Below, in pieces: positions 1 through 9,160 of a stretch of DNA of 52,298 nucleotides. Source of the DNA: Chlorokybus atmophyticus (Eukaryota > Plantae > Mesostigma and Chlorokybus algae); assembly GCA_009103225.1 (NCBI GenBank), contig RHPI01003169.1, forward strand, positions 228,006-280,303, in the 5' to 3' direction. The translations under genes and the position numbers were made by a program. Under the pieces are notes generated by a model. It worked only from the letters and a program-made list of their open reading frames with translations, was not told the DNA's origin and did not search any database. Numbering within the stretch: the stretch's first letter is position 1; each line of letters opens with the position of its first letter.

Positions 1-153
1 TCCCTCCCCCACACACCAACCATTGCAACGCCTGGGCGGGCGGTAGTTGCAAGGAGTGTTTCCGTCCCAGCCATATGGTGCGCAAGCATGCGTGCGTATG
101 CGTGCTCATGTTTGTGTTACTCTCAGCAACTTCATACGTACGTATAGACACAG

Positions 154-1377
154 GCTCACTCACTTGTCCTCAATACTGCCAGCCCGCTGCCGAAGGACTG
201 CCCCAGACATTGCGTAAGGCCAGCAGCGCGGTGCCACCAGTGGTGATCCAGAGCGTCACCTTTTTGCGGGGTAGCCCGACGCTGCTGCATAGAGGGCGCG
301 CGTCTGGGGGCCACTGCAATGAGATTCACCTGCTAAACAGGTGAGCGGAGAGGGAAGGGGAGGGAAGGGCGCACACACGTGCACGCGCAAGCGCACGCAT
401 ACGGGCTTGCGCCGTGTGCAAGCATGCATGTGCTCTTCATGCACGCATGCACGTACACACATACGCACACTTCTTCGTTGTAGCAACTGCCCGCACTTTC
501 CAGTGCGGTTTATGAGCAACGTACTGTAGGCTCGCTCATAGACCGCACTGAATAGTGCTTTCTCAGAGCCAGTTGCTGTTGGCTGGCTCATAGACCGCAC
601 TGTCTAGTGCGGCCTGTGAGCCAGTTTTGCACGTACACTATGCATGTACATTTGTGTTGCCCCCCTCCCTTCCACGTCTTCCTCCTTACAGACAAATGTG
701 TACACGCATAGAAGTTTGCGCGCATGCGCATGTGAACACGCATGTACACATGCATGCACTAACGCGCACGTGCACGCGCAGAAACACGGCCCGTCCGGGA
801 CGGTCCCCCAAGCTCGCAATCAGCAACTTGCTGCTTTGCTTACATAGCACTACTACTACTATCACCTCGCCCCAGCTGCCCGTGCTCAACACCATCTTTA
901 AGGTGCGACGAGGGTGTGTGCGCAAGTGCATGAGTGTGCGTTTATGCGTGTGTGCACGAATGCGCGCGTATATGTTTGTGTCTTGTGAAACGTTAGTTAT
1001 GTATGAAAATGCACGCACGTGCACATTTGAATTTGCAATTGGGCTCATAGACCGCACTGTTCAATGCAACCTATGAGGCAATTGCCATGCCAGTCGTGCT
1101 CATAGGCTGCCTCATAGGCTGCACTGAACACTGTTCAATGCAGCATATAAGGCAGTTTGAACAGTTCTTTGACTGTTTGCGCGTATATGTGTTGAACAAA
1201 CGAACACATGGGACAACACGTACAAGCATCACACCACACATACACACACCACACCACAACACACATCTACTAGCATTGGGTGCTGATTGCGCAGTGGTTG
1301 CTGGTCTTGTCGTCGCTGGCGTACTCGCTCTTCAACCTCGGCCTGCTGCATGCCAGTCCACCTTATGTGCAACAGAG
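154..1377 (+). pseudogene. Spliced Kelch-repeat-like gene fragment (putative exons 154-340, 782-902, 1295-1377)
   Basis: AG/GT-bounded segments with donors GTGAGC (341), GTGCGA (903) and GTGCAA (1378). They join in frame to give ..GSPTLLHRGR..CNEIHLLN..VLNTIFK|WLLV, resembling Kelch blade motifs (LLFGGR..NEV..LD; VL.T..KW). Homologous exons with matching donor positions occur in copy 2. Confidence 0.45.
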
Positions 1378-2037
1378 GTGCAACACGTGCAGGCCCCGCA
1401 CAACAGTTAAGGTGGCACTCGACTGGGATGGAGGCCCGGGCGTGCGGTTGTGACTTGTGCGTGCGTGCATGTACATTTGTGCAGGTAGTTGAGGTACTCA
1501 ACTTGCACTAGGTTTGAGTAGGTTAAACCGTTTGTGGTGGTTGTTTGCTTGTGTAGATGCTGCGTCCATTGACTTGTTGATGATATACCATTATTTATGT
1601 TACAATGCCACCAATTATGTTGTGTGTCTGCTTGCTTTCATGTGCATGGCGTTGCGTGGCAGACCAACATAATGAAAATCAGTGTTATCAGTGCAGCATG
1701 ACAGGCTCCATATCATGCATGTTTAAGCATGATGAACAGCCTGCCCATTGGCTGAGCAGCGCAATGGGTCTACCGCTCAGCTCCTCAGCAACACAAGCCG
1801 TTGAGGAGCTGAGCACATACACATGCAGCACTAGAAGTGCGGCATACTGAAAGACCGCACAAGAGCTCGCCTCCCTGCCGCCCTGGGCTGGCTCAACGGC
1901 GATGTGACAGCTGCCTCCGCCGCCGCTGAAGAGCCAGCCCGCTGAGCTGGCTCTGGCTGCTTCATGGCAGCCAAAGGCCAGCCTTGTACGACCTCCCTCT
2001 CCATAACCTCCAGCAGGGCGACCTCCCCGCCGTCGTC

Positions 2038-2061
2038 GTTGTTGTTGTTGTTGTTGTTGTT
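2038..2061 (+). repeat. (GTT)8 microsatellite
   Basis: Directly visible; preceded by (GTC)2. Confidence 0.95.
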
Positions 2062-2140
2062 TACAGCGCCCCTGGCGCTAACATTTGTTGCTCTGAGCGC
2101 TGTTTGAGGAGGAAGGAGGAGGGGGGGAAGGAGGGGCGGC

Positions 2141-3208
2141 ATGCAGCAGCCCGGCTCAGCTGGAGGCAACCCGTGGTGGCCGTACGAGTATCCTAACGCC
2201 TGGGCGAACACCTGGCTGCTGCCACCAACTGAAGGGTTTGAGCTGCAGCGCCTTGGTGCCGGCACGCGAGCGGTGGATTTGCAAGCTTTGGGGCAGCGGC
2301 TGGGCGTCGGCGTGATCGTGGACAACGCGTATCGCGTGGACATCTTGCGTCAAGTGGACACACAGGCAGGCCCTGGGCGTCCCTTGCATGACCGTTTAAT
2401 TGTTGCTTTGGGCCCTCTGCAGGGGGAACCCCTTGTACGTGTTGCCTTGGAGACGTCGGAGTCTCCAATCCCGTTGCCGCTCAACTACCTGGTGCAGCAA
2501 CGCAGCGGCGACAACACAGGGTGGTGGGACGCTTTTGACAACGTGGTCTCTCCGCGGCGCATGCGCGAGCACTTGAGAGAAGGACAAACCCCTCGCGCTC
2601 AAAACAGGGAGACAGTACTTGGGGGGCGCATCTTGTGGAGACGAGAGACGCGGCCCGCGCATGGCAGGTTCCCGGGACTCTCCCCACCGTCACCAGACCC
2701 TGAGGCGCAGATGGTCCCCGCTGAGGGGCCGTACCTACCCCCGCTCCCCCCTGCGCAGGCGGTCGCGCAGCCCCAACCGCCGCGGCCCCGTGCCCTACTC
2801 GTACCAACGTCGGAGCCCTGGTCGGGGTCGCAGCAGGAGCCGCAGCCCTCTGCGCCGATGCCAACGTCGCTCGCCAATCAGGCGCAGCTGGAGCCCCCGG
2901 GCAGGAAGATTGCATCACCCCCCATCTCCGCGGCTGCAGGCGGAGCAGTCGGGAGCGCCTCTCCTGCCTCAGAAGGCACCAGTTCCGTCCGTGCCAACAC
3001 TGAACGTCTCAGCTCCCCTCCCGCCAGCTCTGGCGGTGCCTCCTCCGCCCGCTTTCGTCACGCCATCGCTAGGCGTCGCACCAGGCGCGCCTTGCGACGC
3101 TGGCGGAAGAAGCGTGCCAGCGCCGCTGCCGCCTTCGACAACCTCGCGACCACCCTCGATGCTGAGTTTGGGCTCCTTGCATACTCAGAATCCTCAGGCA
3201 GCGACTGA
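2141..3208 (+). CDS. ORF1a of the YR retrotransposon (probable N-terminal part of the gag-like protein)
   Basis: 355-aa ORF with a complex N-terminal 150 aa. It overlaps ORF 2619-4400 in another frame. Confidence 0.5.
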   Translation: MQQPGSAGGNPWWPYEYPNAWANTWLLPPTEGFELQRLGAGTRAVDLQALGQRLGVGVIVDNAYRVDILRQVDTQAGPGRPLHDRLIVALGPLQGEPLVRVALETSESPIPLPLNYLVQQRSGDNTGWWDAFDNVVSPRRMREHLREGQTPRAQNRETVLGGRILWRRETRPAHGRFPGLSPPSPDPEAQMVPAEGPYLPPLPPAQAVAQPQPPRPRALLVPTSEPWSGSQQEPQPSAPMPTSLANQAQLEPPGRKIASPPISAAAGGAVGSASPASEGTSSVRANTERLSSPPASSGGASSARFRHAIARRRTRRALRRWRKKRASAAAAFDNLATTLDAEFGLLAYSESSGSD

Positions 3209-4400
3209 TGTGGCTGCGTTGCTAGCAGCGGGTGGCTTGCAGGCGCTGCTAGGACGCTTGGTGTGTGCGGAGCTAAGCGTGGGACAATGGACGCTCGCGC
3301 GCGTGGAGGGCGTGATCGATGCTGCCGCCGGCCTCGTTCTTGTGCGCACGCTACCCGCCAACCAGCCCCTGCAGGTGTCGACCTCCGTCCTAACCTTGGC
3401 GAGTGCCGACCCCTCTACAATCGCACCACCACTAGCGGCGCAACCGGCCCCTTTCATACCTCACCCCACCGTGCCTCCAGCTGTGGGAGCCAACCCCTCT
3501 ACAATTGCAACCCCGCTGACGACGCAGCCAGCCCCATGCACACCTCACCCCACAGTCCCTTCAGCTGCAACGCCTGGGCGCTCGTTTGCGGAGGCGAAGG
3601 GCATGAAGCTAGCAGCTGATGGTGTACATGTCACCCACTTCACGCGCACCTCGCACTTTGTGCGTGTCCGCAACAACATTGTTAACCGCTTCACGGGAGA
3701 TGCGGCGCACAAGGGATTGTTGCAGCAACTACACAAATCGAAGATGATCACGGACACGCAATATCCGCTCATGGCGGCGTACGTACATGTGTTGCTGGAA
3801 ACGTGTTTGTACAAAGAATTTGGGGACGTTCATGCTTCACTGTTCGGGGAGGACTGCGCTCGGGCCCTCGAGGCGAGTAAGTTGGACCTGTCCATGGGCT
3901 ACACAGAGGCGCACCTCATCACCGAGCTGCTGGACTTCTACACGGAGGTGCGGAAGGAGGCAGCCACTCAGCTTGGACAATACCAACACATGACAAGGTA
4001 CGCGCGTTTGTTGCAGGGTATGCCTTTGTGTCGCGCCTTTCCATTCCTTTCTCCAACATTCTACTTCAAGCACTGCCTTGGGCAGTTGCAAACCACTCAT
4101 GAGCCTACAAGCCTCCTTTTGCTGCCCTCGGGGCAAAGCCAAGGAGAGCTTGTCGCCGTCCAGGCATGGCCTGTGACGTGCTCTGCATGGCCATGCTCAA
4201 TGTTTATGCACCGGCGCAGGTGTTTCCAAACCAACTTGCCAAAGCCGCTCCCCAATGGTGGAGACAAGGCCAAAGGAGCTGCACCTGCAAGCGGCGTGGA
4301 CAACGCCACCAACAATGGCAGCAACAATAACCACAATAGCAAGCAAGCCGTTGCCGGCAACAACAGAGGGTGGCGTAGATACCAAGACAGGAAGGCGTGA
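2619..4400 (+). CDS. ORF1b, gag-like protein of the YR retrotransposon (RS-rich, Pro-rich, putative beta-barrel, helical C-terminal domain)
   Basis: 593-aa open frame (no ATG at its start) immediately upstream of RT. It has RSRSRSP repeats and a basic/Asn-rich C terminus typical in position for DIRS ORF1. Confidence 0.7.
   Translation: MGGASCGDERRGPRMAGSRDSPHRHQTLRRRWSPLRGRTYPRSPLRRRSRSPNRRGPVPYSYQRRSPGRGRSRSRSPLRRCQRRSPIRRSWSPRAGRLHHPPSPRLQAEQSGAPLLPQKAPVPSVPTLNVSAPLPPALAVPPPPAFVTPSLGVAPGAPCDAGGRSVPAPLPPSTTSRPPSMLSLGSLHTQNPQAATDVAALLAAGGLQALLGRLVCAELSVGQWTLARVEGVIDAAAGLVLVRTLPANQPLQVSTSVLTLASADPSTIAPPLAAQPAPFIPHPTVPPAVGANPSTIATPLTTQPAPCTPHPTVPSAATPGRSFAEAKGMKLAADGVHVTHFTRTSHFVRVRNNIVNRFTGDAAHKGLLQQLHKSKMITDTQYPLMAAYVHVLLETCLYKEFGDVHASLFGEDCARALEASKLDLSMGYTEAHLITELLDFYTEVRKEAATQLGQYQHMTRYARLLQGMPLCRAFPFLSPTFYFKHCLGQLQTTHEPTSLLLLPSGQSQGELVAVQAWPVTCSAWPCSMFMHRRRCFQTNLPKPLPNGGDKAKGAAPASGVDNATNNGSNNNHNSKQAVAGNNRGWRRYQDRKA
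3405..3567 (+). repeat. 84-nt (28-aa) tandem duplication in ORF1b
   Basis: ADPSTIAPPLAAQPAPFIPHPTVPPAVG / ANPSTIATPLTTQPAPCTPHPTVPSA; unit starts at 3405 and 3489. Confidence 0.9.
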
Positions 4401-4488
4401 GTAGCATAGGACAGGATACCTTGTGTATAACCCCGTGTGCAATCGATTTTGTTGTGTCTTATACCATGTGATTGCTTGAGATTGGTGC

Positions 4489-6999
4489 ATGAATCGTGTG
4501 TTTGCGCCCTTGGTTACTGTTGTGTCTCATTCCAGCGTGCACGAACCAGTTGCAAGTGCTGCGCTACCATCAGCTGCTGATTCACCTGGCGATGCCTCCG
4601 CGGAATGCTGCATGGTCACCAGCACACGCTTCTCACTTCCCTCTCAAGCACACAGAAGCACGCAGTCAATGCGCACCCAGCAGCCCGCAAGTGCAAACGC
4701 ACGCGTGCGCAGTGCTGATTCGCTGGCCCCGCGCAGCACCCAAGATGAGCACGAGGACGAAGCAGCCTTTGAGGCGGCGTGCCATCAGTTGGATACGCAG
4801 CCTCATGCTCAACACAATGCAGCATCTTGGCAACCAGCACGCGCGTGGCCTACGCCACGGCAGCACCATCCGTGGTCGGAGGAGCTGCAGGCGGCGACTG
4901 TGCAAGCAGTGCTGGACAAACTTGAGAGAGTGGGGGATGAGCCCGAGCTGCCTCTATGTTCGGAGGACAGCTGGCGCGTACAGCTAAGCGCTTTCATGCA
5001 CGATGCCGGTGACTTCGTAGCTGCAGGGCCGCGAGCACATTTGCATGCATGGCAGCTCTGGCTGCGCGCTACCAAGCACCCAATGGCGTCGCGAGTGCTG
5101 AGCTGGCTCAGCTCTGGCTACCCCTTGCATTTTCAAGGGACTGCAACAGCTCCGGAGCAGAAGTGTGGACAGGTGCAGTTGCTGCTGCGCTCAGAAGGTT
5201 GGTCGCATGCTCGCATCCGTGCTGCCCTGCGCGCATCAGCACCTCCGCCTATTGTGTTGCGCAATCGTGCCTCGTTGCAAGAGCACAAGGAGTTTGTGGT
5301 GGAGGAGCTTACCACGCTGGTGCGCACGGGGGCTATCACCCCGGTGCCAGCCAATGCAGCAAAGCAGGTGATCTCGGGCATGGGGGTTGTAGTTACAAGC
5401 AAGAAACGTTTGGTGGTGGATCTTCGCTACATCAACCTCTTCCTCGCACACATACCTTTCCACTACGAGCGCTTAACGGACGTGTTACACTACACCAAAG
5501 TAGGAGCATGGCAAGCAAGCTTTGACTTGAAAAGCGGATACCACCACATTCCCATCCGCGCACGTGACACCAATTACTTGTGCGTGGCCTTTGAAGGTCA
5601 GGTGTTCAGATGGAACGTGCTCCCCTTTGGACTGAATCAAGCATGCTATGCATTTACAATGGTGCAGCTTGTCATCCACAAGCCATTGCGAAGTGCGGGC
5701 ATTGGCACCCTCAGCTACATAGATGACATGCACACGGCGCACCGCAACAAAGGGCATCTACTATGGCGTATTGAGCTGATCATGCAGCTCTGTGCGGCAC
5801 TGCGCGAGTTCTTTGGACTGTCTAAGTGCAATGCTTTCCCCACCATGCGCTTGCAGCTACTGGGGCTCATTGTGGACTCGCAAGTGGGCGCTTTCTCGGT
5901 GCCCGAAGCCAAGCTTGAGGACCTTGACGTGCTGCTTGAGGACACGCTGGCGCGCCCAACGCTCACCAACAAAGTGCTGGCGCGCATAGCAGGCAAGCTA
6001 ATCAGCCTACGCCTGGCCGTTCCTCCCGTGCTGCTATTTGCTAGGTCGCTCATGGAAGTAGTGAACTACGCCAACACTTGGGAAGCACCATTTGCAGCGC
6101 CGGCCATTACAAAAGAGTTCATTGCGTGGTTGCGATCAGCCATGCGGATGTACACAGCCAGCGCTTGGTGGAAACCGCCTAGCTCCATTCTGCTGCGCGC
6201 AGATGCATCAGGAGAGAAGGGCTGGGGTGCGGTGACACCGTGGGGCCACGTGCAGGGCAACTTCACACCGGTTGAGCTGGAGCTGTCCCCGGCAGTCAAG
6301 GAAGGGCTGGCGTATGTTGCCGTGATCATAGAGGCAGCTCGCCGCTTCCCAAACCTGCGGCACACAACCGTCATGCTTGAAGGGGACTGTCAACCAGCTC
6401 TGCAAGCTCTCTCCAAGCTGGTCTCCCCTTCGCCTTACCTAAGAGCCCTGCTCTATAAGCTGTGGGGAGTGCTCTGGGCCAGGGATCTCCACTTGCGTTG
6501 CTCGTGGCAGCCGCGCGAGCGGCTGCAGTTGGAAGACTGGCTCTCCAAAACCGCGGATGCGGGCGATTGGGCCCTGCGCACAACAACGCGTGATCAAGTG
6601 ATAGCGCGATGGGGTGCACCGTCTGTAGACATGTTTGCTTCGGAGGTCAATACCGTTGCTCCCGCCTTCTTCTCCGCTTGTAACAGCCCGGGCTCGAGTG
6701 GCAACGCTCTCACCTCCGGTTGGGACTGCGCCCCGCGCGGCCTCTTGTGGGTCCTTCCGCCCTTGGCCCTGCTGGGCACGGCAGTACAGTTGGTTGCGCA
6801 CGCTCGACGTGATTGCGTGTTGGTTGTGCCTCAATGGACACAGAAACCTTGGTGGCCACAAGTTCTGGGGCTACCTATTCATGAGTCTATGCTACTTCAT
6901 GCACACCCCGCTCTGTTTGTGAGGGGTAGGAGAGTGCCTGCGCACATCCCTAGCCCGGGCAAATACCCGCATGTGGCATTCTATATAGCGTTCACCTGA
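4489..6999 (+). CDS. DIRS-type reverse transcriptase - RNase H - Dam-like methyltransferase
   Basis: 836-aa intact ORF. RT motifs: KKRLVVDLRYIN, FDLKSGYHHI, LPFGL, YIDD. RNase H motifs: ADAS..GWGA, KE, EGDCQ, EDWLSK. MT motifs: VDMFAS, WVLPP, VVPQW..KPWWP. Confidence 0.92.
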   Translation: MNRVFAPLVTVVSHSSVHEPVASAALPSAADSPGDASAECCMVTSTRFSLPSQAHRSTQSMRTQQPASANARVRSADSLAPRSTQDEHEDEAAFEAACHQLDTQPHAQHNAASWQPARAWPTPRQHHPWSEELQAATVQAVLDKLERVGDEPELPLCSEDSWRVQLSAFMHDAGDFVAAGPRAHLHAWQLWLRATKHPMASRVLSWLSSGYPLHFQGTATAPEQKCGQVQLLLRSEGWSHARIRAALRASAPPPIVLRNRASLQEHKEFVVEELTTLVRTGAITPVPANAAKQVISGMGVVVTSKKRLVVDLRYINLFLAHIPFHYERLTDVLHYTKVGAWQASFDLKSGYHHIPIRARDTNYLCVAFEGQVFRWNVLPFGLNQACYAFTMVQLVIHKPLRSAGIGTLSYIDDMHTAHRNKGHLLWRIELIMQLCAALREFFGLSKCNAFPTMRLQLLGLIVDSQVGAFSVPEAKLEDLDVLLEDTLARPTLTNKVLARIAGKLISLRLAVPPVLLFARSLMEVVNYANTWEAPFAAPAITKEFIAWLRSAMRMYTASAWWKPPSSILLRADASGEKGWGAVTPWGHVQGNFTPVELELSPAVKEGLAYVAVIIEAARRFPNLRHTTVMLEGDCQPALQALSKLVSPSPYLRALLYKLWGVLWARDLHLRCSWQPRERLQLEDWLSKTADAGDWALRTTTRDQVIARWGAPSVDMFASEVNTVAPAFFSACNSPGSSGNALTSGWDCAPRGLLWVLPPLALLGTAVQLVAHARRDCVLVVPQWTQKPWWPQVLGLPIHESMLLHAHPALFVRGRRVPAHIPSPGKYPHVAFYIAFT

Positions 7000-8099
7000 T
7001 GAGACGGGCACAAGTAGTGCCGCACCATGGCCTCAGTCCGCCACAAACCCTGTTGTTGTAGCTCTGCCATGGTCATGCCTTGTTCTTGGCCGTGTTGCAC
7101 ACCACCTCGCCTGAAACTATGCAGCGTCACATGTGGCTTGTCAATGCCGCTAGCCAGCAGGTGCTTGCGTAACGCCTTGTTAGCCGCGGCAGTTTGTAGA
7201 GGTCCGTCCAGCCACTTTCTTTTGCTTTGATGCATGCCACGGAACAAATAGCCCGTGCCAAGCTCCATGTTGTGCTGACGCGCACACTCTACAAACTGCC
7301 CCATCTCCTGATGCATGTCAAAGAGAATGCCACCATGCGTAAGTGGGATAGCCGGGGGCAACATGTCCTTCCAGTTCTTTAGCACCCCTGTGCGGACTTG
7401 TAAGCCCACTTCTGTTTGCTGTAGTTGGTGCGACTGCAGCTGGCACGCTTCACCGCCCCTCTGCCAACTACACCACAAGTATCGGAACAGCAATCGGTCC
7501 CGCATAGGAAGCAACACTTCGGGCCCGCTTGTAGCCTGTACTTGTGCGTCCAAGTGCGTTGACAGCGTGCGCACGTCGCTCACTATAAAAGGCTCAGCTT
7601 GATGAGGCTGTACACCAGCCTCGACAACCCCTCGCTGATACGCCTTTACATACTCAATAACTTCGGGTGCTCGGCAAGGATTTCCAGTTGCCATGATGCT
7701 GTCCCATGCGCTGCCCCTCCCGATTCTGGCAAAGCCGTTGGTCAAGCTGGTCAGCATGTTCCGAAGGGACTTGGCAGCTAATTGTTGTCTGCCAGTGGCA
7801 TCAGCGCATCGGGCACGAACAGAGTGCTTGGGCAACCAATATGAATGAACATACGCCCGCACATAATGTGGGCCCACGCTAGTGACGCTCTCGCTGTGCT
7901 GCTGCACGTGCTGCGCAAACTCTCGCCACACGGTGCAGCACGCGCGACGATGCCTCTCGCCAACAGCAGCTCGACTGGCTGCGTGTGACTCAGCAACCGC
8001 TTGTAGAAAACGCTGCTGCATGGCCGGGTTGGTAGCCGCAGGGGCATAATCTGCGTGGCCAAGGTCTGCTACTTGCAGGCTACGACCATATTGCTCCAC
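6981..8099 (-). CDS. Tyrosine recombinase of the YR retrotransposon
   Basis: 372-aa ORF with the catalytic set R (WQRGGE), HxxR (LHSFRRGG), W (GLWRT) and Y (VRHYL). The start is uncertain: the called start is GTG and the first ATG is downstream. Confidence 0.92.
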   Translation of the reverse strand: MEQYGRSLQVADLGHADYAPAATNPAMQQRFLQAVAESHAASRAAVGERHRRACCTVWREFAQHVQQHSESVTSVGPHYVRAYVHSYWLPKHSVRARCADATGRQQLAAKSLRNMLTSLTNGFARIGRGSAWDSIMATGNPCRAPEVIEYVKAYQRGVVEAGVQPHQAEPFIVSDVRTLSTHLDAQVQATSGPEVLLPMRDRLLFRYLWCSWQRGGEACQLQSHQLQQTEVGLQVRTGVLKNWKDMLPPAIPLTHGGILFDMHQEMGQFVECARQHNMELGTGYLFRGMHQSKRKWLDGPLQTAAANKALRKHLLASGIDKPHVTLHSFRRGGVQHGQEQGMTMAELQQQGLWRTEAMVRHYLCPSHQVNAI

Positions 8100-8942
8100 T
8101 GCCTGCCCAAACCCGGCCCTACAAACAAATTTTGGCAGTAAGTAACATTGGGCTGACCGTGCTGTGTTATCCCTCTGAGGATGAGCAGCTCAACGGCTGC
8201 TCTCTACTGCCAAATTTGTATGAGCTGAGCAACGTCGATACACCCAATGCAAAGCATGCAACAACAATGTTGTTAACGTCTATTGCCAGATGGCTACATC
8301 AAGCAGCAACTCTGCATGTTGTCGTCATGGCCTGGTGAACGTCACCAGGCCATGACTGTGCAGAGCGGCTGCTGAGGACGCCATGGCCTGGCGGCCGTCT
8401 TTGGCCTGGTCATACTAAGCTGGAAGCGACCAGCATGACCAAGCCAGCGGCGTGGCCTGGTGCTTTTGGTATGCAGCACCAGGCCGCCCGCCAGGCCACC
8501 AGCAGCGGCGGCCCAACGGCGGTTAGCTGCGGCTTAATCGCCGCAGCTGACCGCAGTTAGCCAAGCACAGTTTATTCGCTGCATTTTACCGCCGGTCAGT
8601 TCACTTGACCTGTCTGGCTGTAGCCCACCGGTCAACAAACCATGGTTTAAACTATTAGGAGACGCGCACCAGCCATGGTCCGTAGGTATAGACCACGGCT
8701 TCTGTCACAGGCAATGAGACTTGCAAAACACCACATTGGACCAATGATGGTCCTTCATTAAACTACACGAAACCATGTATGGTCCGATTCATACCAGTCT
8801 CTGACCGAAACCACGGCTGGTCCAGGCCGAGGACCAAGCTTGACAGACCCGCATTTTTGGACCAGCCCTGGTTCGGACCAAGGCGTTTAAACCCTGGTCC
8901 GTACGTGCGGACCAGGGCTGTCCGTGGAAAAAATTCCGTGTG

Positions 8943-9160
8943 TCTATTGTACTCGAAGACGAAGGACGAGCATGCGAGTCTTCTACGGCGATGTTGCAGC
9001 GTTTACGCGAGCAGAAGTTGTACGCTCAGCTACAGAAGTGCAAGTTTCTGCTACGCGAGGTGGGGTATCTGGGCCACATTGTGTCACATGAAGGGATCAA
9101 GCAGGACCCTAGCAAAGTGCAAGTGGTGCGCGAATGGTCTGCCCCGACCAACGTGAAAGA
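8943..9160 (+). pseudogene. pol: Gypsy RT fragment (same family as A/B/C)
   Basis: LLYSKTKDEHASLLRR..LREQKLYAQLQKCKFLLREVGYLGHIVSHEGIKQDPSKVQVVREW..PTNVK; truncated on both sides. Confidence 0.9.

Larger units (their letters stand above)
2060..8220 (+). mobile_element. Tyrosine-recombinase retrotransposon (DIRS order, PAT/kangaroo-like layout); boundaries approximate
   Basis: ORF1 region, then an RT-RNaseH-MT ORF, then a YR ORF on the opposite strand. Terminal repeats were not identified. Confidence 0.85.
1..8942 (-). mobile_element. CACAC-ended (CACTA/CMC-like) non-autonomous DNA element, copy 1; far end lies outside the window; interrupted by a YR retrotransposon
   Basis: 8325-8942 is the reverse-complement homologue of 23705-24400, with the same terminus CACACGGAATTTTTTCC and GGACCA subterminal repeats. 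About 250-900 is homologous to 25300-25940. The terminus abuts a truncated Gypsy RT at 8943. Confidence 0.65.

Noticed and set aside
256-1511. Numerous Cys/His/Val-rich ORFs (also at 25000-28200)
   Set aside because: These are translations of (CA)/(GT)/(GCAT) low-complexity intron sequence.
2038-2061. (GTT)n as the integration target or left end of the YR element
   Set aside because: Some DIRS elements are bounded by GTT, but no matching right-hand junction or terminal repeat could be identified.
1831-2343. 170-aa minus-strand ORF with a poly-Asn run
   Set aside because: The poly-N is the antisense of the (GTT)8 microsatellite; the ORF is GC-rich shadow with no motif.
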